A DNA stretch of 64,000 nt, taken from contig OZ374565.1 in the NCBI GenBank assembly GCA_977862235.1, positions 124,001 through 188,000 on the forward strand, given 5' to 3'. Every line of letters begins with the position of its first letter. The stretch's first letter is position 1. Origin of the DNA: Dudresnaya verticillata (Eukaryota). Under the pieces are notes generated by a model. It was not told the DNA's origin. It saw nothing but the letters and a program-made list of their open reading frames with translations, and did no database searches. The position numbers and the translations under genes were made by a program. Below, piece after piece: positions 54,513 through 64,000 of this stretch.

Positions 54513-57500
54513 GAGAGTGGGCATGGCGTGATGGGGTTGTGCATGCGCGCTGTCGAACAGAGTGCAACGAGTTACTTCGCGCATGGCCAATTGGGGCGCG
54601 GGAGCGACGTATTGTTTTCTCGGGAGCGGCGTATTGTCTTGTCGCAATGTGGGGAAAGCGGAAATGCAATATCGCACTGCGGGGCAGTGCTGATATGGGA
54701 TCTATCAGCACCGCAGAGCAACGTTTGATATCACAAGCTTTTTGCCGCCGACTGGGACATGCTGGGCCCTTTCGGATCTTGAACGGTTCTCTCAAGTCCT
54801 GCAGCGCTTTGTAAAGTTTCTACCAACCTCTTTCGCATGCTTCACCCTAATGCAACGCAAAACCGGAGAGCTGCTGCAGCATGAGACAAGGAAAACCAGA
54901 GCTTGCAGGTGTGCATTTCCAGTTCCTGGCGTGCTGCTCGAGTCAATGCTCGAGTGGAATGCTGCCTCCGCGGTAGGTCGAAGGCAAATTTCGTGCGTAC
55001 CCTTTGAGGGTACAGGGTGTGGGCAACCTTTCTTTTGCGGGCTTTGAAAGCCCTATGTAGCCGGGAAGTATGCAGGCACAACTATCCTCAGCACGTCGAG
55101 GGATAGAGGAATTCCGCCACACGTGCCTCTGGGGCACGTTGCTTGAACTTTTGCGTTAGTCTATTGGGGGAAGGAGGGCGGAAGGCGGAATCTTCGCTTT
55201 GCTACCAGCCACCCAGGAGCTGACCACTACATGCTTAAAGAGGAAAGGATCAAAATAGATTGACTTCTGCAAGCGCCTACAGCACCATATTGAAGCGAAT
55301 GTATCCTGAGTGGACCGTGGCAACCGCCGAGCAGAGCGACAAAAACACTTCTGTATTACACAATACAACTTCACATTACTCGTCGCCCATCTTGTCCACA
55401 TCTGCGCACGCTCTATTGCTCTGTACATAACTGGAAAGACTGAGCTTTTGCGTATTAAAGAAACAAAAGATGTTGGAATGCTCAGTATGTTTGGGTCAGC
55501 ATTCACCCAAAAGCGTCTCCCTGCTGCATATAAAGGACTGTGAGTTGCTAGCGTGCGTAAAATCTTGTGGTAGGTATCATGAGATGCTTTGAAACACATC
55601 CCTTTGAGTCTGCCAGGGCCGTATCAAGGCAGACATAAAGGAGCAGGGACGACAAATGGTCTATAGATCATGCGGACAGACGGGTACAGCATAGAGAGCT
55701 GGACTTTTGCCAGTCAGCTGCGATTTATGGCAGCTTGTGCTCGCATTTAAAAATATGCTATTGCGCTCGACACTGCTGCTTATCTGGTTTAGCCATTTTT
55801 TCCCATTCTCGGACTGCAAGCTCTGCCATGAGTCGAGCATCAGCGGTATGTTGAACAGTAGTAAACATTTACTTAAAGGGTACGAAATATTGATTAAGCC
55901 TCTTGTCAAGCTTTGGGATAGTTTTAGCGGTCTTGAAGCCTAACAACTTGTCACCGCTAGTTACGATTTGATATACTGTGATAAGCGTAGTAGCGGAACG
56001 TTCAAGTTGTATCATTCGATATGTGTGCCGTGCAACTTCTAAGACAAGTTGTATCACACAAATTTGGTTTTTCGGGACGGAGAAAAGCAGACTTGCCTTC
56101 AAATCCTAGATGCAAAAAGTTAGAACAGAATGACCCAAATGTTGCACTGTGGTATGGTGGGAGCGAGAGGAGAAGCGAGCTAGAAATTTTTGCAACTCAG
56201 GAGCTCGAGTGATGGGCGATGTCTTCCGTAGAGAGGCCTTGGTTTGAGAATCTTTTCGAAGGCGCCGGCAAGCAAGAACTAGGATGGAAAAAAGACGCAA
56301 AAAGCACACCCTAGTTGAGGCGTCGACGGAGTTTTACGTAGTTCTTCCTGTTGAGAGAAGAGTACCGATATGAACCAAGACGTCGTTGTATAGTACTCTG
56401 CAACTACAGTGGATTTCAAGAGTTCGGAGTAAGGCTTCTCTTCCAGCTATATCTGCAATGTGCGTTTTTAGTGCTTGTGTGTACCCAGATCGAACAAATG
56501 AGGGTGTTGCCACTGTTGACCGAGAACCCTTCCGTGACAACGTAAGAAATGCAGGGAGGAGGCTTGGGTATGCTCTGAAGAACCTTGAAGGCGAGTTTCG
56601 AGACCGGCAATTGCGAGAATCCGCTTCATGGTCAAGATATATTTTGGCACTTAGCTCGCTCATCGAGCTTGTGTGTTGCGAACAATCATGGCTGGATAGT
56701 ATGTCAATGGAAAGGATCGTGCGGGGGAGACAATGACCCTACTACATGTGGCCGGAGTGAGCATCTACTTCAAGGGCGTGGATGGGAGTCTCGCAGCGGC
56801 AATGTTTGATATTGGTGACGAAGGAGACTGGGCAGCTATTGTCGTTCACAGGTGGATCCCGGCTGGAGGTGTCGGGCTTTTCAAAAACATGTCAGGAAAG
56901 CAACTACTTGCTACAAGAAGAGAATTTTGAAGGCCATTGAAATGGACTTACAGAGTTAAGGAAAGAAACGAGGCGAAGGTAGAAGATGAGGAAGCAAGCG
57001 TTTGAACAAACGTGACAGTAATATGTGGGACTGAACACCGAACGGTCTGTTGCGACTAAGTTTATTGAAGAAGCAACGAAATGCAATAAAGAAATGAATC
57101 GGATACCCGGGCGAGACTCAGTGTGTCGCAATAGGGTTGAATCAGCGCAAGGAACTGGGAAATGGCTATCAGGAGTGCTGGGCGAGCGTAACCAATGAGC
57201 ATTGGATTCTTGGCAACGGGAGCGCGGTTGGCAGAAGAACAGAGTGTTCGTGACGAAGAATGCGAAGACTCTCTTGCGATTGGGCACCTATGACAATGTG
57301 CTTTGAGGACGTGGCTTGCAGCGTCCGAAGCATCCTTGGTGCCTTACTTGTTGGAGCAAATGCAAGAGCGCTTTTTGGGATGGCTTGGACGTGTGCTCAC
57401 CCTGTAGCGTTTTTAAGGCCTACCTAGGTCCTTCCGCAATCGGAGCGGAGCAAGCAGCGGTTTCGGACGAATTGTGCGCTACCGACCTCCTGATCTTGCC

Positions 57501-58958
57501 GAATACTAACAATAATAGGTCCTGAGAGAGGAGATGCTGAGGCCTGACGAAATAGCAAGGAGGGAATTGTTGGCGCTCCAAGTTGGTCAGAAGAAAGCAT
57601 TTCTTAGTCTTCAAAGTCGATCAACGCGGCATATTTGTCGCGAGGGTTTTCTGAAAGTGCGGAGAACTGTGCATTTAAGTGGCACTGCTTGCACGACTCC
57701 ATTAAAGTGACCCTTTCCCTCTTTCTGGGGTGAGTCTGGGAGGCTTCATATTTTTTGGGCACTACGCAGCCTTGTCGATATCACGAGATGTCGGTTAATG
57801 CTGACGGAGAGTAGAAAGCTCCCCCTTCGGGCAGCGTGGTATCCCTTACTAGTCCTGTGCAGTATAATGCGAGATTCTTGTAGAGACTGCAACTCCTGAA
57901 AAGAGCTAAGGTTGTGACTGAGAGTAGAATTGTAACTGATCAATTCGGTTTATCGTAAATGGACAGAGAACAGATGACAAGCCTGGCTGTGATTATCGTT
58001 GCAAGCGCGTTGCAATGCACACCTTGTATGATGGGACATGGTGCCGCAGATGTTTGTCTGCCAAGGCAGACGGAAAGTTGATCCGTGCCAAAATGAGCTA
58101 CCGGACAGGAACAGCAGCCTCAGTTACCAACGGAGAAGGTTTGAGAGCCGCACTGGTGTGCAAAGCTGAACAGGTCTGGGAATGCGTCAACCAACCAGCA
58201 GCGCTAGTTGCGAGGCATTGTGACACGATATTTCTCGGTGGCGATTTAAACGCTGCTGGCACAACATCGCACAAGGTTTGATCTTGGAGGAGGAGGAGGA
58301 GGGCAACAGGTTCCATCTGGGGATGGAATGTTTGCCCTCTGAGAAAAAAACGAAATGCATTGGAGAACGGTTTCAAAGCAATCATGTGTGTGGTGGTGGT
58401 TGGTGGTGGGGGTGGTACCCTCCGTCCGGAGATGGCACAGACGTTCAAACTGGGAGCGCGTTGCGCGGGAACAGTGCCAATGCTTCATTTCTCTTGCCGT
58501 CTTTGACAGTGGGCGTATGCGAGAAGCATGTGGTGTGTGTGCAACGTGCATTAGATAGATACTTGTAGGTTGTTACGTTGCTGCATGCTCAGGTTGAGTC
58601 GCTCCTCCCGAGACGCAATGCGGCATCCTGGCACCTCTTGCGAGCCGTTGCGCAAAGCCATTTCTGCGGTCTATCAATAGCGGGCGCTATCACTAACGTG
58701 CGCTCTCGAAGACGATGGCAATACACAGTCGCGAGCTGACGACGGTTTCTTGTGTGATTGCGGCGGTGCCCCAAAGGCCCCATATTTATAAAATTACAAT
58801 AAAAAAATAACATACGCTGAGCATCAGCAAACACGCAGCCAATCATAAAAAAGACACGCTCTCCCTCCCACGGCCTTCAAACAGACAAAGAAGAGAAGCA
58901 GCGCGCAACAAAACGGCACAAAACGCACAAAGCAACTACGCAACCCCTCCCATTCGCC

Positions 58959-59907
58959 TCAATCCCCTTCCAAACCCGGCCGGTACCCGCCGTCACCGTC
59001 GCCCCTCTCAACGTCCGAGTCGGTCTCGGCCTTCGTCGTTTTCTCGTCCTCCTCGTCCATCGCGGCCCCCGCCTCGGCCCGCCCAAGAGCGTCCTTTGGC
59101 TTGTGTGCCTCTTTGTCCTTGCCCTTTGACAGTCCCTTCCATCGCTTCCAGAGCAGCATCACCAGGATTGAGCACAGCAAGGGCGGAACGACAAGCGACA
59201 GGCATGGGATCAGGATGATCATCGGCCCGATGTCCGTCTTCACTGCGTTGGTGCACGAAAAGTCCCCGACTTCATTGTAAACCAGGCGTCGTATCTATGT
59301 CACATATTCAACGCAGAAGAAACAGACCGAGGGAGAGAGGAAGAGGGAAGAGAGGAGTGAACAACTCGGTGTTAGTTCGATCTCACAAGCACGCAAACAA
59401 GAGGGAGGGGGGCATCAGCACGAGAAGACGATTCAATTTCAACGCTACTTACTGTTCCGTCTATCCGGAGCGAGACCAGTTCTCGGTCTATTTGCATCCT
59501 TCGCTGTACGTTGACTTGGCTATTGTACAACCAGCCTGCGTTGAACTGGTACAAAATGTCTTGCGTGTCGAAGATGGTCAAGTCGTCTTTTTGCAAGGTA
59601 AAAAACAAAGGCACACAAGAGATATAACAAGTCTCACCCGTCAGTTTGCACAGCCATGACGTATGTCCCTTAATGAAATGTTGGATGGTGACAACATACC
59701 ACATGAAGACTTGGTTTTCAGAAGATACCTGCCGACGACCTCGAATGTGACAGCAAAGTTGACCGGATGGCCGGGATCTGCGGCCCACTCGATGCACTTT
59801 GTGGCAGTAGAACACTGTCGCCAAGGTGGCTTATCACCTGTTCCTCGATTGCCCTCTGGATCGACTGTTGATGAATATTTGGCAGCGTTTGCGCGCGCGC
59901 GCGAGGT

Positions 59908-59939
<32 letters not shown>

Positions 59940-61293
59940 CGCAAGAAGAAGAAGAAGACGCAAGAAGAAGAAGAAGAAGAAGACGCAAGAAGAAGAAGAA
60001 GAAGAAGACGCAACAAGAACAAGAAGAAGAAGACGCAAGAGAACAACGGGTTAGTTTTTCAAGTGACTGGTGGTGGTGTGCAAAATGGATGACAAGACGA
60101 GTGGCAAGAAGACCGTGACAGACTGACTGACACATACCTGTGGCTGCCCAGACGTTTTCCAGGGCCGAGTTGTTGAGGACCGAGTATTGGGCAAGCTCTG
60201 TGACGGAAAGGGATTTGACGCTCTTGGTGATTGCAACGGCCGACTGGTTGAAGATAAAGTTGACGACAGCGACTTCGTAGAAGAGCAGGAAGATGGCGAA
60301 GAAGGCGAGGATGGAGAGGCGGTAGAGGGAGATGGCGAGTCCATACTTTGTGGCAAAGGTCATGGTCTTCTGTGCCGACTTGTGGACGTGTCCATTGGCG
60401 GCGAGCTCATGGGCCATGGCCTCGTCGCGCTCACCGGCAAAGATGAAGAAGGCTGTGAGGAGGGAGCGTCCGCGAAAGACGTGAAAGCGCCAGGCGATGC
60501 AGATGCAGACGAGGATGAAGAGGGCGATGGTGGCGGCGAGGATGGTCCAGGCGGCCCAGTGGAACGGGCGGGTGAGCTGGTGGAAGGCCGAGCGCACGGT
60601 GGACGGCGAGGTGGGCGAGGCCTTGCGGCCGATGATGGTCATGCTGTTGTCGATGAAGGCGGCCGACGCGGTGTGGTGGCACTGGCGCTGCGGGGTCTCC
60701 AGCAGCAGGCCCGTGACTGCAAAGCGGTAGCGGTGGTCGGGCGCGGCCATGACGTGCGTAAAGTCGACCAGGGCGTTGAACGAGCACGCGCTGGCGTGGC
60801 CGGCCCACATGCACAGGTCGTCGCGCGACGACGTGAGCGCGTGCAGCTCAAACGCAATGCCGCCCAGGCTCGGGTGGGCCGCGGCAAAGTCTGCGCAGCG
60901 GAACGGGGCCTGCAGGCGGTCGGCGGCCGCGCGCGACGCGTCGTACGCCGATGGGTCGAGGTGGATGAACGGCGGCTCCTGCAGGAAGAGGAAGCACGTG
61001 GTGTTGGCGGCCGGGTCGCGGCACGGCTCGTAGTCGCGTGGCGACGCGCGCAGACGCGACAGACAGCCGCGCGGCGACGCAGGTGGCGACGCGGGTGGCG
61101 ATGCCGCGGCGGCCGCGGCCGCGCGCGTGGCGTTGTCGTACGCCGCGCAGTCGAACGACGCGGAGACCGGGGAGGAGGACGCGGAGGAGGAGGCGGGGGA
61201 GGACGCCGACGCGGGCGCGCATGCCAGCAGCAGCGGCAGCAGCGCGAGCAGCGCGCGCGCGGGAGGGCGGCGTGGCGCGGCGGCGCGTGGCAT
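58959..61293 (-). CDS. Ionotropic glutamate receptor-like (GLR/IR-type) protein A, complement(join(58959..59294,59453..59586,59700..59864,60138..61293)), 596 aa
   Basis: Signal peptide; S1 (LQEPPF; LLETPQR..SAAFID); M1 (RPFHWAAW); M3 (FLLFYEVAVVNF); S2 (KSVKSLS..YSV..S); pre-M4 (DGTIRRL..C) and M4. Three GT-AG introns with consistent phases give 1791 nt. Confidence 0.8.
59908..60042. repeat. (GAA)n-rich microsatellite in intron 1 of GLR-like gene A
   Basis: Seen directly. Confidence 0.9.
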
Positions 61294-61568
61294 GGCGGGC
61301 GGGCGCGGCGGCGCGGCGGGGGGAGCGACGGACGGGGGGGGGCGTCGGACGGTGCTGCGGCGGCGGTCGCGCCGGGTCATGCGCTGCGCGCGGCGGGGGC
61401 GGGGCGGCCGCGGCGCGTCATGCGGCGGCGCGGCGCGTTTGTTGGCGGCGCGGCGGTGCGTGGGCGGGTGCGTGCGTGCGTGCGTGCGTGCGCGCGTGCG
61501 TGCGCGAGCGGTGGGTGCGCGTGCGCGCGAGCATTGGTGGCGCGCGCGGGGGGCGCGGCGGGAGCGGC

Positions 61569-61640
<72 letters not shown>

Positions 61641-62281
61641 AGCGCGGCAGCGCGGCAGCGCGGCAGCGCGGCAGCGCGCACGCGGCGTGCGGCGCGCGGC
61701 GCGCGGAGACGGTGTCTGGCAGGGAGCGCAGCGCGCGCGGCGCGGCGCGGCGCGCGGTGGCAGCGAGGGCGGCGCGGTATAATGCGTGCGGCGCATTTGT
61801 GCGCTGCCGGCGCTTTTGCGTGAGGTCACGCGAAATGGCGCGGCGCCGTACCGCGGCGCGCTGGCGGACGGCGCGGCCCACGCAGCGCGCGCGCGGCGCG
61901 GCCCGGCACGGCACGGCACGCATCGAACCGCATCGCGTCGCGCCGCGCCGCGCCGAGCATTGGGTGTTTCGCGTGCCGTCGCCGCCGGCCAGCACCCACC
62001 GCTGGCGCCGGCTCAACGGCGCCTCGGCGCCACGTCGCGAAAACAAAATCCGGAAAGCGCCGCTTTCGGACCGGCAGCCGGAGCGCGGTGGTGCCGCCGC
62101 GCGCGCACATCCGCGCGCCTCCGCGCGCCGCCAGGCACGCCCGCGCCACCCGCGCCCCATCCACCCATCCCTCGCTCCTCTTCCGCCGCCGCTACAACAC
62201 CCGCAGCCCCGCCGCCGCCGCCGCCAGCAACCTCCCACCCCCACCCCCACCCGCACCCGCACCCGCACCCGCACCCACACC
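61294..62281. promoter_or_regulatory. Very GC-rich putative bidirectional promoter with (GCGCGG)n, (GCGCGGCA)n and (GTGC)n repeats
   Basis: 988 bp between two divergent ATGs; CpG-dense; TATAAT at 61778. Confidence 0.55.
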
Positions 62282-64000
62282 ATGCCGCTCCTCCACCTCC
62301 GTCCCCGCCTCCGTCCCCGCCTCCGTCCCCGCCTCCTTCCCCCCCTCCTCCCCCCCCTCCTCCTCCTCCTCCTCGCGCCCCCCCGCCCCACGCTCGCATC
62401 CTCCTCCCAAGTCTCCGCCGACTACGACTGCGCCAACCACAAGTCGCTCTTCTCCCTGCCGCCGCGCCGCGACGCCGACTGCCTGCAACTGCTGCGCGAC
62501 CCTGCGCACGTCGCGCGCTTCGACATCTGCAAGTCCACCACGTGCTACCTGTTCCTGCAAGAGCCGCCGTTTGTCAAGTTCTCCACGGCCGCTCTGTCGT
62601 CGTCGCGCGCCGCGCTGCTCTCCTACCAAAGGCCGTTTGCCTGCGCAGCCCCAAAGTCGCTGCACGCGTCGCTGGGCGGCGTGGCCTTCTCGCTGCACGC
62701 GGCCACGTCGTCGCGCGACGCCCAGTGCGTGTGGGCGGGCCCCATCTCGGCGTGCTCGTTCAACGCGCTGGTGGACTTTGCGCACGTCATGTCGGCCCCG
62801 CCGCCGCCGTCGTCGTCGGACGCCCAGCCCTACCGCTTTGCCATCACGGGCTTGCTGCTGGAGACCCCGCAGCGCCAGTGCGTGCACGAGCCGTCGGCCC
62901 CGTTTATCGACAACTCGATGGTTGTCATCGGCCGCAACACCGGCGATGACCCGGCCGCAAAGGGCCCGTTCTACCAGCTCATGCGCCCGTTTCGCTGGAC
63001 CACGTGGGGTATCTTTGGCGCCGTCATCGCGCTCTTCATGCTTGTCTGCTTTGCTATCGCAGTCAGGTTTCATGTCTTTCGCGGACGCTCGCTTGTGACC
63101 GCCTTTTTCATCTTTACCGGCGAGCGCGACCAGGCCATGGCCCATGAGACTGGCCATCGCGCATACCATGCTGCCCACCCGTCGTCGTCGTCGTCGTCGC
63201 ACCAGCCCCACAACAACAACAACAACAACAATAATAATAATAATACTTGTACTACTAATAACCCCGCCCACCCCACCACCACCGCCGCCGCCTTGCCGTC
63301 CTCCATGCGCAAGCTGTTCTTCCGCCCGCGGAGGGGCCGTGTTGTGGAACGCGTCATAACCACCGCTCCACCTCCACCTTCACCTTCACCTTCTGCTGCT
63401 GCAAACGCAAACGCAGCTACTGCTGCTGCTTCTGTATCGCTCCCGCTACCGCCGCCGTCGGACCACCACCACCACCGCCACCGCAACCACGCACAACACC
63501 AACACTCGCTGCAGCCGCTGCAGCCAATGCCCTCAGAGGACGAGATGCTCAAGAAGAGCATGTCGTTTGCAACAAAGTACGGCCTCGCCATGACGCTGTT
63601 CCGCATCTCGCTGCTCGCCTTTGTCGCCGTCTTCATGCTCTTCTACGAGGTTGCCGTCGTCAACTTTCTGTTCCAGCAGCAGAGCCTCGAACTCAGCAAG
63701 AGCGTCAAGAGCCTCTCCATCTCAGAGCTCAACGAGTACTCGGTCCTCAAGGACTCGGCCCTCGAAAACGTCTGGAACGCCACAGGTAAGTCTTTTTTGT
63801 TGCGCTTTGTATCTTGTTGTTGTTGTTGTTGCTGCTGTGTTTCTCAACGAGCTGACCGACAAAAATGTCTCTAAAATAACAATGGCATGGCTCTCTCGAC
63901 AGTCAACCCAAAAGGCCTCAAGTACGACGGCCTCAACCCGAATGCCATCCCGTGGGAGCGCTGCTCCAGCGCGGCGCAATGCATCGAGTGGGCCGATGAC
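62282..64000 (+). CDS. Ionotropic glutamate receptor-like protein B (partial), join(62282..63785,63903..>64000)
   Basis: Paralog of A (LQEPPF, FNALVDF, LLETPQRQC, RPFRWTTW, FYEVAVVNF). Same intron position after ENVW.AT (GTAAGT at 63786, CAG ending 63902). Long His/Asn/Pro-rich loop insertion. Confidence 0.82.

Noticed and set aside
55150..56100. Faint resemblance to a PIF/Harbinger transposase relic on the + strand
   Set aside because: Too degenerate to support without a profile search.
56380..57300. Possible ankyrin-like pseudogene (MTLLHVA...)
   Set aside because: Single weak motif with many stops.
59641..63874. Long overlapping Arg/Ala/Gly-rich ORFs, including the N-terminal extensions of the 916-aa and 915-aa ORFs
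   Set aside because: Result of stop-poor GC-rich repeats; the real starts are the signal-peptide ATGs at 61293 and 62282.

Overview
Eukaryotic genomic window with compact, mostly intronless genes and GT-AG introns where present. Gene and transposon content resemble a red alga; this is inference, not a database result. 1-8627 is a tandem pair of Ty1/copia LTR retrotransposons sharing a central 434-bp LTR. The complete copy has a spliced extra ORF upstream of gag encoding two U1/matrin-type zinc fingers, a -1 frameshift signal at the gag/pol junction, and a solo LTR inserted in integrase. 9.2-11.2 kb holds three stacked degenerate fragments, probably non-LTR retrotransposon 3' ends. Host genes follow: a bacterial-type AT3-SGNH O-acyltransferase, a beta-propeller lectin-like protein, a Cys-rich secreted protein, a C2H2 protein, two YwqG/DUF1963-like paralogs, an RBR E3 ligase, a two-finger GATA factor, two secreted paralogs, and an inverted pair of Gln/Pro/Met-rich genes. 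That pair flanks a young chromodomain Ty3/gypsy element (46203-51859) whose ORF is continuous once the 200-N gap is removed. The window ends in a head-to-head pair of ionotropic glutamate receptor-like genes. Most striking signals: both unrelated LTR elements lack a canonical tRNA primer-binding site and carry a covarying perfect 10-bp palindrome at that position; the copia element carries an intron-containing zinc-finger accessory gene; and there is a divergent, ATD-less GLR-like gene pair.
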